Assembly (NCBI GenBank): GCA_963702435.1
Contig: CAVPCR010000001.1
Location: 704,001-768,000, forward strand
Direction: 5' to 3'
DNA length: 64,000 nt
Source: Candidatus Eiseniibacteriota bacterium
Lineage (GTDB): Bacteria > Eisenbacteria > RBG-16-71-46 > CAVPCR01
Program-made: the position numbers and the translations under genes
The notes under the pieces: generated by a model
What the model was told of the DNA's origin: nothing
Database searches by the model: none
The model's input: only the letters and a program-made list of their open reading frames with translations
Shown: one piece after another, positions 1 to 9,798 of the stretch
How positions within the stretch are numbered: position 1 is the first letter of the stretch
Layout of the letters: every line of letters starts with the position of its first letter

Positions 1-541
1 CGCGGACATCGAAGATGCGCGTGCGCCAGCCGCCGATACCCTCGTGCCCGACCACGTAGAGCGTCTCCCCGTCGATGAACAGGTTGTGCGCGACGTTGAT
101 GAGCGGGGCGATGATGGCACCGATCACGACCGGCGAAGCCGGGGCGCGCACATCGAGGATGTAGACGGCGATCCCGGTATAGGCCTCATTGGTCAGATAG
201 GCGCGACCGCCGGCGACCGCGAGGTCGTTCACGACGAGCTGCCCGGGCAGGTTCCAGTCGGCCACCACCCGCATCTCACCCGGGCGCGAGATGTCCACGA
301 TCGAGAGCCCGCGCGGCCCGCGGCCGACGTAGGCGAAGCTGCCGTCCACGGCCACATCGGTCACGGTCTCGGGGGGACCGAGGTGGACCTGATCGAGGAG
401 CGCGAGGTGGTAGACCTGCTCCTCCGCTGCGATCGCGTCGGCGGCCGGCGCCGGCCCGGCCAGCGCGAGGGCCGCGCCGGCCGCGAGCACGAGGGCACCG
501 ACCCGAGGGGATCCAAGACGAGGGAACGGGCATGAGATCAT
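1..541 (-). CDS. Secreted LVIVD-repeat beta-propeller protein (runs off the window edge)
   Basis: Manual translation, not in the ORF track: MISCPFPRLGSPRVGALVLAAGAALALAG... signal-like region, then DVAVDGSFAYVGRGPRGLSIVDISRP and DLAVAGGRAYLTN...VYILDVRAPASP repeats. Confidence 0.8.
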   Translation of the reverse strand, partial: MISCPFPRLGSPRVGALVLAAGAALALAGPAPAADAIAAEEQVYHLALLDQVHLGPPETVTDVAVDGSFAYVGRGPRGLSIVDISRPGEMRVVADWNLPGQLVVNDLAVAGGRAYLTNEAYTGIAVYILDVRAPASPVVIGAIIAPLINVAHNLFIDGETLYVVGHEGIGGWRTRIFDVR

Positions 542-729
542 GGATCGAAGCACTCCGGGACATGAGATCGAGGGCATCGCGGGCGCGGGGGGGAGAGGGC
601 CGGAGGGAGGCAGAGCCGATGGCCGGCCGCCGGGAACGAGGGGAGTCTAGCGCAGAAGGCGCGCCGGGCCAAGCGACTACGGCGGGGCGCGTTGCCTGAG
701 CCGGGGCGTGCGGCTAGAATGCGCGGGCC

Positions 730-2247
730 ATGTCCGACACCGTTCGCGTGCGCTTCGCGCCCTCGCCCACCGGGCACTTCCACATCGGCGGGGCCCGCAC
801 CGCCCTCTACAACCACTTCTTCGCCCGGAAGACGGGCGGGCGCTTCATCCTCCGGGTCGAGGACACCGACCGGAAGCGCAGCGATCCCGAGCACGAGGCC
901 GAGATGATGGCGGCGCTCCGCTGGCTCGGCATCTCCTGGGACGAGGGGCCCGATGTCGGCGGCCCCGTCGGCCCCTACCGGCAGAGCGAGCGCCAGGCGA
1001 TCTACCGCGAGCACGCCGACCGGCTCCTCGCGAGCGGGCACGCCTATCGCTGCTTCTGCACGCGCGAGCGCCTCGACGAGGTGCGGAAGCACCAGATCGC
1101 GCTCAAGCTGAATGCCCGCTACGACGGCGCCTGCCGCACCCTCTCCGCGGAGGAGTCGGCCCGCCGCGCGGCGGCCGGCGAGTCGCACGTCGTCCGCTTC
1201 GCGAGTCCGACCGCCGGCACGACGACGGTCCGCGACTACCTGCGCGGCGAGATCACGGTCGCGAACGACACGCTCGACGATTCGATCCTCCTCAAGTCCG
1301 ACGGGCTTCCGGTCTATCACCTGGCTGCGATCGTGGACGATCACCTGATGGGAATCACCCACGTGTTTCGCGGCGTTGAATGGCTCGGCACCTTCCCGCT
1401 GCACGCGCTGGTCATCCGCGCCTTCGGCTGGGGGGAGCCGATCTGGTGCCACCTCTCGGTCTTCCTGAAGCCTTCGGGCAAGGGGAAGATGTCGAAACGC
1501 GACGTGACCTCGGAGCAGTCGATCTTCGTCCTCGGCTGGAAGGAGACCGGGAATCACCCGGCCACGGTCGGACTCCGTGAACTCGGCTACGTGCCGCCCG
1601 CGATCCTCAACTGGATCGCCCTCATGGGAGCGAGCTTCGGCGAGGACGAGGACGTGCTCGCGCTCGGCGAGATGAGCGATCGCTTCAGCCTCGACCGGCT
1701 GAACCCGGCGCCCGCGCGCGTGAGCTACGAGAAGCTCGATCACTTCAACGGGCTCTACCTGCGCCGCCTCCCCGCCGACGCGCTCGCCGCGCTCGTCGCG
1801 CCCTGCTTCGCCGCGGCCGGGATCGCGCCCGATCCGGCGCGGCTCGTTGAGATCACGCCGCTCATCCAGCCGCGCATCATCACGCTCGACGACGCCGTGC
1901 CGATGGCGGGCTTCTTCTTCCGGGCGGAGGTGCACCCCGACCCGGCCGGGCTCATCGCCAAGGGCACGACCGCCGCGGAGTCGCTCGCCGCGCTCACGGC
2001 GGCGCGGGATCTCCTCGCCGCGCTCCCGGCCTTCACCGCCGATGTGACCGAGCCGCCGCTCCGCGCGCAGGCGGAGGAGCGGGGCTGGAAGCCCGCGCAG
2101 CTCTTCGGCATCCTGCGCATGGCGATCACCGGGCAGGCGGTGAGCCCGCCCCTGTTCGAGAGCATGGCCGTGATCGGCCGCCCGACCACTCTCGCCCGCA
2201 TCGATCGGGCGCGCGCGCTCCTCACGGCAGGCGCCGACGCCCCCTGA
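730..2247 (+). CDS. gltX: Glutamate--tRNA ligase
   Basis: VRVRFAPSPTG, HIGG (HIGH motif), RVEDTD, CFCT, KMSKR motifs and C-terminal anticodon-binding domain. Confidence 0.97.
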   Translation: MSDTVRVRFAPSPTGHFHIGGARTALYNHFFARKTGGRFILRVEDTDRKRSDPEHEAEMMAALRWLGISWDEGPDVGGPVGPYRQSERQAIYREHADRLLASGHAYRCFCTRERLDEVRKHQIALKLNARYDGACRTLSAEESARRAAAGESHVVRFASPTAGTTTVRDYLRGEITVANDTLDDSILLKSDGLPVYHLAAIVDDHLMGITHVFRGVEWLGTFPLHALVIRAFGWGEPIWCHLSVFLKPSGKGKMSKRDVTSEQSIFVLGWKETGNHPATVGLRELGYVPPAILNWIALMGASFGEDEDVLALGEMSDRFSLDRLNPAPARVSYEKLDHFNGLYLRRLPADALAALVAPCFAAAGIAPDPARLVEITPLIQPRIITLDDAVPMAGFFFRAEVHPDPAGLIAKGTTAAESLAALTAARDLLAALPAFTADVTEPPLRAQAEERGWKPAQLFGILRMAITGQAVSPPLFESMAVIGRPTTLARIDRARALLTAGADAP

Positions 2248-2273
2248 TCCCTGCTCGCACCGCCGGAGGACCC

Positions 2274-2660
2274 ATGCATCCACATCCGATCGTCTACTGG
2301 GAGATCGCATCGCACGACGCCGAGAAGACCGTCGACTTCCTGAACAGGGCCTTCGACTGGCAGTTCGAGTACGACGCGCAGACGACGATCCACGAGCTCC
2401 CCGCCGGCGAGGCAGCCGCGAAGTTCGCGGGCGGCGGCGTGTTCACGCTCCGGCGCGCGAAGCTCCCCTTCCTCACCCTCTACATCGAGGTGACCGACAT
2501 CGACGCGCGCGCGCGGCGCATCGAGGAGCTCGGGGGCCACATCGTCGAGCCGCCCTTCGACGTGAGCGAGAACGTGCGGATCTGCCTGTTCAACGAACCC
2601 TCGGGCGTCACGCTGGCGATGCTCGAGCGCCGGCGAAGAGGCGCCGGCCCGGAACCATAG
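2274..2660 (+). CDS. VOC/glyoxalase family protein
   Basis: YWEIASHDAEK..F...AFDWQF, YIEVTDID...IEELGG..VEPPF, FNEPSG pattern; GGAGG RBS. Confidence 0.88.
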   Translation: MHPHPIVYWEIASHDAEKTVDFLNRAFDWQFEYDAQTTIHELPAGEAAAKFAGGGVFTLRRAKLPFLTLYIEVTDIDARARRIEELGGHIVEPPFDVSENVRICLFNEPSGVTLAMLERRRRGAGPEP

Positions 2661-2687
2661 GAACCAGGCGGTCAGCGAGGAGCAAGG

Positions 2688-2714
2688 AAAAGGGGCGGCC
2701 CCGGGGCCGCCCCT
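2688..2714 (-). terminator. Intrinsic terminator
   Basis: AGGGGCGGCC/GGCCGCCCCT hairpin followed by TTTTCC on the minus strand, between convergent genes. Confidence 0.65.
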
Positions 2715-2768
2715 ACGCTTTGCTGCCACCCGGCCGCGGCCGGGTGGCTCGAGGCCTGGTGCCCCTGG

Positions 2769-4391
2769 CTAGCGCGCCTCGATGCGGATGTTGTCCACGT
2801 CCATCCAGGGCTCGCCCTCGAGGTTGTCGATGTTCCCGAACCCGAGCACGCGCATCCCGCCCGTGGGCCCGATCACATTGAACTCCCCGGTCATCCGCCC
2901 CTTGTAGTCCCCGTCGATCCACACCTCCATCCGACCCGAGTCATCGCCCGGGCCCGGATTCACGTGCAGATCCACCCGCACCCGGTGCCACTGCCCGGGC
3001 TCGAACCACTCGCCGCGCTCGAAGCGCTGCTTGAACTCGCCCGGCCGCTCGCCGCCCGGCCGCGACCGGTACGCCGTGCACGCCCACTCGCCGTACTCGC
3101 GCGCCGCCGCGAAGTCGAGCCGCGTCTGACCGTCGCGAGTCATGCCCTCGCGACCCTCGGCGGGGTCGTAGTGGTTGTTCGACTGCAGCATCCAGATGTG
3201 CTTGCCGCCGCCGATGATCTGGCCCGCCAGGGAGTCGCCTTCCGGATGGCGCCGGTAGCGATAGCCGGCCGGGATCCGCATCGAGAACTCGACGCGCAGA
3301 TCCATGAGGCCCTGGTAGCGGGGCAGGAACGTGATGCGCCAGTCGGAGTGGGGACGGTAGACGAGCCGCCCGTAGCGGTTCGACTCCTGCTCGATCATGC
3401 GCAGGTTGGTGTCCGTGTTGCGCCCGAGCCAGCCGCGGAAGGGATCAGACCCCTCGAAGTCCTGCTCGAACACGACCGTCCCCGCGGGCGGCGGCGGCGG
3501 CGGCGGCGGCGGATCGAACGGCGGATCATCGGGGTCGGGCGGCGTCCGCGAGCCGAGATTCTCGATGCGGAGGTAGCGGAGGAAGACATGCCGATCGCCG
3601 CGCGGCACGTCCCAGCTGCCGACCTGGAAGAAGCGCAACGGATCGGGGTTCTCGCTCAGATCGAGCCCGGTCCAGGCGTAGATCCGGCTCCCGACCTGGA
3701 TGCGCATGGCATCCTCGTGGAGGCCCGGCTCGCGGAGAAGCACCGTCCAGACCACGTGGTTCCAGCCGTGATCGAAAGCCCAGGGCATCTCGAACTGGCT
3801 CTCCGAATCCCGAGTCTCTCCGTCGTCCAGGCGGGACGTGACCTGGACTCGCCAGGCGGACTCCGGACTCAGGTTCAGGTCGAAGCGCGTGAAGGTCGCC
3901 GGATCCGCACCCGCCGTCGAGAGGAGGCTGACGACGTTCGTGCTCGCCACCTCCTCGCCCTCCTGCCGGTAGAAGGGAAGGCGCGGCGGAAAGTAGAGCT
4001 GGAAGCGCGCCCGGAGGAGCCGCACTCCCGCGAACTCGGGGGAGCGCGCCTGGTTGGCCACCGGCGTGAACTGAAGATACTTGCCGTAGGTCTCGAATCC
4101 CGCCTGCTCCTCGTGGAGGACACTCCAGCCGAGCCAGTCGGCCCGATCGAGGAACACGATCTCGCCGGGGGTCGGATCGACTGCTTCCAGGTCCGAATCG
4201 GGCGGCTCGACCCCGCGGGCGGCCACTCCGGCCACGTCCTCGGGGCTCGTCTCGAGGTCGAGGAACGGGCCCTGTCCCAGCTCCGGCTGCTCGGTCGGGG
4301 AGTCCGAGGGCGGCGCCGGCGCGTTGGTTTTCGTGGTGCACGCCAGTGCGATGCAGATCAAGGCAAGGGCAAGACTGCGCTTCAAGGGCAT
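2769..4391 (-). CDS. Lipoprotein with two beta-sandwich (LamG/polysaccharide-lyase-like) domains joined by a poly-Pro linker
   Basis: Start MPLKRSLALALICIALAC (lipobox-like) with GGAGG upstream; C-terminal domain has GGGKH and WHRVRVDLHVN..G...GRMEVWIDG, typical of jelly-roll lyase-like folds. Confidence 0.65.
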   Translation of the reverse strand: MPLKRSLALALICIALACTTKTNAPAPPSDSPTEQPELGQGPFLDLETSPEDVAGVAARGVEPPDSDLEAVDPTPGEIVFLDRADWLGWSVLHEEQAGFETYGKYLQFTPVANQARSPEFAGVRLLRARFQLYFPPRLPFYRQEGEEVASTNVVSLLSTAGADPATFTRFDLNLSPESAWRVQVTSRLDDGETRDSESQFEMPWAFDHGWNHVVWTVLLREPGLHEDAMRIQVGSRIYAWTGLDLSENPDPLRFFQVGSWDVPRGDRHVFLRYLRIENLGSRTPPDPDDPPFDPPPPPPPPPAGTVVFEQDFEGSDPFRGWLGRNTDTNLRMIEQESNRYGRLVYRPHSDWRITFLPRYQGLMDLRVEFSMRIPAGYRYRRHPEGDSLAGQIIGGGKHIWMLQSNNHYDPAEGREGMTRDGQTRLDFAAAREYGEWACTAYRSRPGGERPGEFKQRFERGEWFEPGQWHRVRVDLHVNPGPGDDSGRMEVWIDGDYKGRMTGEFNVIGPTGGMRVLGFGNIDNLEGEPWMDVDNIRIEAR

Positions 4392-5600
4392 CCTTTTTCC
4401 CTCCAGGCGCGGATAGGCACCAACTCTCATCACGCAAGCCGCGCCGACATCGGGGGGAAGCTCTGGCTCCGGCTCGCGAGTGGAGAGGCGCGAGGGCCTT
4501 CCGCGCATTCTCTCGGGGTCTGGCCTGATCGCCCCCCTGGGCTGGGGGCGACGAACTGATGTTTTCCCTGCGCGAGTGGAACGCCGCTCGTAAGCCTCTG
4601 GCCGCTGCGAGGGATTGAAGCAGGGCGGGCAGGTCCGAGGACGACCCACGAGATGCTGCCGTCCCGTGGGCAGGGGCAGCGCGTCATTATAGGCGGGCGG
4701 CTCCCCGATCCGTCAACCCCCCAGGCACCCCTCGCGAAGTTTTTTTTCGGGGCGGCAAAGGACAGGCGGGGACGGCCCCCCGGCCGCCCCCGCCTCGTCC
4801 CGGCACTCGCCGCCCGGGGCACCTGCCCAAGGGCAGCGCCCCGACCGGCTCCGTGTTCGTTACCGCGCCTCGATGCGGATATCGTCCACGTCCATCCAGG
4901 GCTCGCCCTCGAGGTTGTCGATGTTCCCGAACCCGAGCACGCGCATCCCGCCCGTGGGCCCGATCACATTGAACTCCCCGACCATCCGCCCCTTGTAGTC
5001 CCCGTCGATCCACACCTCCATCCGACCCGAGTCATCGCCCGGGCCCGGATTCACGTGCAGATCTACCCGCACCCGGTGCCACTGCCCGGGCTCGAACCAC
5101 TCGCCGCGCTCGAAGCGCTGCTTGAACTCGCCCGGCCGCTCGCCGCCCGGCCGGTGCCGGTACGCCGTGCACGCCCACTCGCCGTACTCGCGCGCCGCCG
5201 CGAAGTCGAGCCGCGTCTGACCGTCGCGAGTCATGCCCTCGCGACCCTCGGCGGGGTCGTAGTGGTTGTTCGACTGCAGCATCCAGATGTGCTTGCCGCC
5301 GCCGATGATCTGGCCCGCCTGCGGGTCGCCTTCCGGATAGCGCCGGTAGCGATAACCGGACGGGATCCGCATCGAGAACTCGACGCGCAGATCCATGAGG
5401 CCCTCGTAACGGGGCAGGAACGTGATGCGCCAGTCGGAGTGGGGATTGTAGTTGAGTCGCGCGTAGCGATTCGATCCCTGCTCGATCACGCGCAGGTTGG
5501 TGTCCGTGTTGCGCCCGAGCCAGCCGCGGAAGGGATTCGACCCCTCGAAGCCCTGCTCGAACACGACCGTCCCCGCGGGCGGCGGCGGCGGCGGCGGCGG
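2773..5600. repeat. About 740-bp near-identical direct duplication (2773-3510 vs 4864-5600)
   Basis: Constant offset of 2091 nt with no indels in the shared domain; 15 amino-acid differences counted by eye. Confidence 0.95.
4686..4716 (-). promoter_or_regulatory. Sigma70-like promoter
   Basis: TTGACG-19 nt-TATAAT on the minus strand, with an A-tract upstream. Confidence 0.55.
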
Positions 5601-5795
5601 GAAATCCGGATCAGGGTCGGGATCGGGATCCGGGTCGGGATCGGGAGGATTGCCCGTGTTGGGGTCGCCCGGCGGATCGCCCGGGTCGACCGGATCCGCG
5701 GGGGTATCGGGATTCAGCGAGTCGAGACAGCCAGTGCCTGTCGTGAGAAGAATCGCCAGCGCCATAACACCCAGGTAGCGATTGACTAGATTCAT
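4860..5795 (-). CDS. Lipoprotein with Pro/Asp linker and a single lyase/LamG-like domain (paralog of 2769-4391)
   Basis: LLTTGTGC lipobox-like sequence, (DP)n linker, duplicated C-terminal domain. Confidence 0.75.
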   Translation of the reverse strand: MNLVNRYLGVMALAILLTTGTGCLDSLNPDTPADPVDPGDPPGDPNTGNPPDPDPDPDPDPDPDFPPPPPPPPAGTVVFEQGFEGSNPFRGWLGRNTDTNLRVIEQGSNRYARLNYNPHSDWRITFLPRYEGLMDLRVEFSMRIPSGYRYRRYPEGDPQAGQIIGGGKHIWMLQSNNHYDPAEGREGMTRDGQTRLDFAAAREYGEWACTAYRHRPGGERPGEFKQRFERGEWFEPGQWHRVRVDLHVNPGPGDDSGRMEVWIDGDYKGRMVGEFNVIGPTGGMRVLGFGNIDNLEGEPWMDVDDIRIEAR

Positions 5796-6324
5796 GCTCG
5801 TCTTCTCTCGGTGCAGGATTCACAGGATCGCCCACATCACTGCGGACGGCGAATGAGGAGGCTCCGGATGCAAAGCAAGTTGAATGCCCCCGCAGCGACC
5901 GAGGTCGCGAGCAGCTCAACTCACTGCACAAAGTGGCGTACAGGGGGGCGGAGACCACGAACCGTCTCCCTCGGCCGGGGGCCGGGTACTACCTAATGCA
6001 AGTGCGGCCATCGCAAATTGAATCGTCGCTCGGGCGGCAGTGCTTGAGCGCAAGTGCGCAGCCGAATCGATGATGTTCGCGACGCCACCGCGCCGCCCGT
6101 GCCCGGAGCCGGCCGCCGCGGGGGAGAGGCGCAACTCCGATGGAACCGGCGTTGCGAGGCGGCAAATGACCCCGTTCGATGTGTACCGTGATGTGGCGCG
6201 GAGAGAACCATCCGGCGGCGGAGCAGGTCAAGCGCATTCAGCACGGGAATCGAGCCGGCGGCGCACGCCGGGCGCGCGCCGGACGCGCGCTGGTCGAAAC
6301 TTGTCCGCTCCCGGCGAGAGGACT

Positions 6325-6999
6325 ATGATCTGCACCATGCAACTGCAACACACACGTCCGCACCACGCAGCACGTCGTGGACAACCATGTGGATATCCGC
6401 GACCTGCCGCAGAGCGCGCGCAGCGCTGTGCGACCCTCCTGGTTTTGGTCGCTGCGGCGCTGGCGGCGGCCGGCGCGAGCGGGCCGGGCGGCACGGCGGC
6501 GGCCGATGCGGCGAGCGATGCGGCGAGCGACTCCCCTCCCCCGCGCCCGGTCGAGGGCATCGACCTCGAGCGCTACGCCGGCCGCTGGTACGAGATCTCG
6601 CGCATCCCGAACTGGTTCCAGGCGGGTTGCGCCCGCGGCACGACGGCCACCTACACGCTCGGCCCCGACGGCCGGATCGAGGTGGTGAACCGCTGCCGGC
6701 GCGCCGACGGTTCGGAGAACGAAGCGCGGGGGGTCGCTCGCGTGGTCGACACGGCGACCAACGCCCGCCTCGAGGTCAGCTTCGTGCGCTTTCTCGGCAA
6801 GTCGTTCTTCTGGGGCGACTACTGGGTGATCGGCCTCGGCGCCGACTACGAGTACGCGCTCGTCGGCACGCCGGACCGGAAGTTCGGCTGGGTGCTGGCG
6901 CGCACGCCGACGCTGGAACCGGGCGTGACGGCGACGATCAACGCCGAGCTGCGCGCGCAGGGCTACGACCCGGCCCGCTTCGAGCCGTCGGCGCCATAG
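6325..6999 (+). CDS. blc: Bacterial lipocalin (Blc-like)
   Basis: IDLERYAGRWYEISR, TTATYTL, VVNRC, GDYWVIGL...YEYALVG, WVLARTP; start chosen from the GAGAGGA RBS. Confidence 0.9.
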   Translation: MICTMQLQHTRPHHAARRGQPCGYPRPAAERAQRCATLLVLVAAALAAAGASGPGGTAAADAASDAASDSPPPRPVEGIDLERYAGRWYEISRIPNWFQAGCARGTTATYTLGPDGRIEVVNRCRRADGSENEARGVARVVDTATNARLEVSFVRFLGKSFFWGDYWVIGLGADYEYALVGTPDRKFGWVLARTPTLEPGVTATINAELRAQGYDPARFEPSAP

Positions 7000-7097
7000 G
7001 GCGCGGCCGGCGGGAGACGACAAGGCCCGGGGAGGTGCGGCGCGCGCCGCATCTCCCCGGGCCATCGTGCCGCCGGGATGCCCGGAGCAGGCAATCG

Positions 7098-7742
7098 CTA
7101 CGGAACGACCTTCTTCGCCACCATGGACTCGCTCACGATCTGGACCACCTCCTGGATCACCGAGTCGCTGGCGCCGCTCGTGATCCCGGTCTCCGAAAGG
7201 CCCGAATAGACGAGCTTGAGCGAGTTCAGGTCGTATACGTTGGTCTCGAGGTAGTAGTAGTCCTCGACCGAGGTGTACCCGGGTGTGCTCATGTAGTTGT
7301 ACGAGCCCCCGTAGTACCCGTACCAGCCGCCGTAGTACGAGGGGTAGTACGAGGGACCCATGTAGGTCACCGTCGGCGGGTAGTAGGTCTCGACGGTCTT
7401 CTTGTCGAGGAGCCGCGTGATGAGGACGGCGTCCGCCCCGAGCTCCCTCATCTTGGCGATCGCGGTCGCCGAGTCGACTTGGCCTTCGCCCGCGAAGTGC
7501 TGGTAGCTCGGAATCCCGGCGACCCCCCGCTTCTGGAGCACGCTCACGAACTGGTCCTCGTAGAAGCGCCGGGTGCCGGCGTTCTTGGCCAGACCGATCA
7601 CCATCATCTTCTTCGGTGTGGTCTGGTAGGTGTCGTCCTTCCAGGCGGACTTCATGCTCGTCGTGCCGCAGGAAGCGACGATGCTCGCACAGAACACGGC
7701 CAAGCCGAGCGAGATCAGGGCCGTGCGCATCTGACTGGTCAT
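7098..7742 (-). CDS. Lipoprotein, DUF4136-like
   Basis: IVASC lipobox, RRFYEDQFV..L, GADAVLITRL, Tyr/Gly-rich loop, LETNVYDL...KLVYSG. Confidence 0.7.
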   Translation of the reverse strand: MTSQMRTALISLGLAVFCASIVASCGTTSMKSAWKDDTYQTTPKKMMVIGLAKNAGTRRFYEDQFVSVLQKRGVAGIPSYQHFAGEGQVDSATAIAKMRELGADAVLITRLLDKKTVETYYPPTVTYMGPSYYPSYYGGWYGYYGGSYNYMSTPGYTSVEDYYYLETNVYDLNSLKLVYSGLSETGITSGASDSVIQEVVQIVSESMVAKKVVP

Positions 7743-7850
7743 GGAATGAACTCCTGAAGATAGGGCCTTGTTCGCGTGAAATCGGGGAAACGCTACCGAG
7801 AGCGCCCCATTCTGTCAAGGCGACCACGGATCGCGGCCGGGCCGCTCCGC

Positions 7851-8794
7851 CTACACCGCGAACCGCTCCCACCAGCGGGCGAAATGGCGGGCGAGATCGA
7901 GCGCCTGCTCCCGGCCGAGGGCGACCTCCCAGGCGCCGGTCTCGCCGCCCGCGACACCCGCGGGCAGTGCCACACCGCGGATGCGCTCGGCATCCCGCGG
8001 GTCGAAGAGCGCCGATTCGAAGACGAAGGGGAAGCTCGCGCGCGGGATGAAGCAGAGCTCGGGCATGTTCTCGGCCCCGGCCGCCGCGTCGCCCAATGAG
8101 TCCCCCCCGTCCCCGGGCGCGGTGCATGGCGGGCGCCGAGGCCGCGGTCGGCGGCGGCGCGCCGCGCGTGGCGGCCGGGTCCGGCCGCCGGGTGCGCATC
8201 CCCGCCGGGACGACCGCCCGATCGCGCGTCACCGCCGGGCGCCTGGTACCGCGTGAGCATGCGTCCGGCCTCGACCCGCGTCTCCTTCGTGTCGGCGAGC
8301 AGGTACGCGTAGCGCACGCCGCGACGGAGATTCGCGGCCGCGACCGGCACGAGGTCGGCGGCCACACCGTGATGAGCGAGCGCCGGGGCGATGATCCAGA
8401 CCTCGCGGCTCGTGCTCTCGATCGTGATCCGCTGCTCGCGGCTCCACAGGAAGGACGGCAGCGCCGCGGCGACGAGGGCGCTCGCCCGCTCGCCGAAGAG
8501 CTCGGCCTCGCGGCGGATCTGGGCGAGGAGATCGGCCCCGGGAGCCGGCTCGAGTTCCCCCTGTCGCCGATCGGCGACCGGCGGCGCGACCAGCGCGCGG
8601 AGACTCGCGGCGTCGTAGGCGAAGACCTCGGCGATCCTGTCGAGAAGGGCGTCCGAGGGACGCTTGGTCCCGCGCTCGAGATGCGAGATGAAGGCGTTGT
8701 TGGTGAGACCGAGGCGGCGGGCCAGCGCCTCCTGCGACATGTGCTGCGACTTCCGCAGGTAGCGGATCTTCTCGCCGAGAGTGATCTGGGTCAT
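7851..8794 (-). pseudogene. XRE-family HTH regulator with an apparent frameshift (or assembly indel)
   Basis: LGEKIRYLRKSQHMSQEALARRLG...FISHLERG..PS; the protein-like C-terminus (PELCFIPRASFPFVFESALFDP...WWERF) is in another frame; a G7 tract lies at 8102-8108. Confidence 0.65.
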
Positions 8795-8970
8795 CCGCGA
8801 TCCAGGGTGTGAGGCCGGACGCGGGGCACGCCGCGGGCATTGTCGCGCAGAAGGCAGGGGCGGGCAAGCCTCGAAGCGGGAGCGCCCGCCGGGCGCCGCC
8901 GGAGACGGCGACGCCCGCGGCGTCCCCGCCGCGGGCGTCCAGGAACCTCGCTCGCGTTCGGAGCGAGCGC

Positions 8971-9291
8971 TCAGGCGCTGAAGCTGTGCCCGCAGCCGCA
9001 GCTGCCGGAAGCGTTCGGGTTCGAGATCTTGAAGCCGGCGCCGTACAGCCCGTCCGCGTAGTCGACCTGCGCGTTCTGCAGGTAGTTCAGGCTGAACGGA
9101 TCGACGAGCAGCTTGAAGCCCGGTAAGTCGACGACCTCGTCGCCGTCGCGTGCCTCATCGAACTGGAAGCCGTACTGGAAGCCGGAGCATCCGCCGCCCT
9201 CGACATAGATGCGGAGCGCCTTCCCCGTCTGCTTCTCCTGCTCGATGATCTCTTTGACCTTGGCGACCGCCGCATCGGTCAGGTTGACCAT
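8971..9291 (-). CDS. erpA: Iron-sulfur cluster insertion/A-type carrier protein (ErpA/IscA/HesB)
   Basis: LRIYVEGGGCSGFQY, VDPFSLNYL, FKISNPNA..SCGCGHSF. Confidence 0.93.
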   Translation of the reverse strand: MVNLTDAAVAKVKEIIEQEKQTGKALRIYVEGGGCSGFQYGFQFDEARDGDEVVDLPGFKLLVDPFSLNYLQNAQVDYADGLYGAGFKISNPNASGSCGCGHSFSA

Positions 9292-9798
9292 GTTCCCCGA
9301 CTCCTTTCTGCTCGTTTCTGCTCGTGACCGTTCCCAATGCTGCCCGGAGTCACCGTGGACCGCCGCCGGGAGAGCCCGCTCGAACCCCGTCGGCCCGGCG
9401 ATCGCATCCTCTTCGCACCCCGAGTCAGTGTAACAGACCCCGGGCGGCGGCCCGGCCGCGGCCGGCGCGCGGAGCCCCCTTCCCGATGTTGGATCCGGGG
9501 AGGAGCCCCCGGGGTTCACGTCGCCTGGGGGGCCGGGGCCCCGGCCCGCCACCCCCCGGCAGGGGTACCGATTCTGTAAAAATAGAAAGGAAGATATGTT
9601 ACAGTGTTGAGGACGGTCCGGATCCGATTACTGCGGGGAGAATCCGGGGATCCATCGGTGTTAGAATGTCACGACTGGTTTAGACCCCTCGAACGGGCGC
9701 GGAACCGGTAGCAGGCGAGAAGGCGGTCCGTATCCCACCCCCCGCGGTCCGGCCGGCCCTCCACAATCCCAAGGCAGTCGAAAGGTGGTGTCGTCCCC

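Noticed and set aside
2769..5600. Duplicated domain as a diversity-generating retroelement TR/VR pair
   Set aside because: No reverse transcriptase in the window, differences are not adenine-specific, and both copies are coding and about 740 bp long
5997..6010. Sigma54 promoter TGGCCGCACTTGCA (minus strand)
   Set aside because: GG-to-GC spacing is 8 nt rather than the required 10
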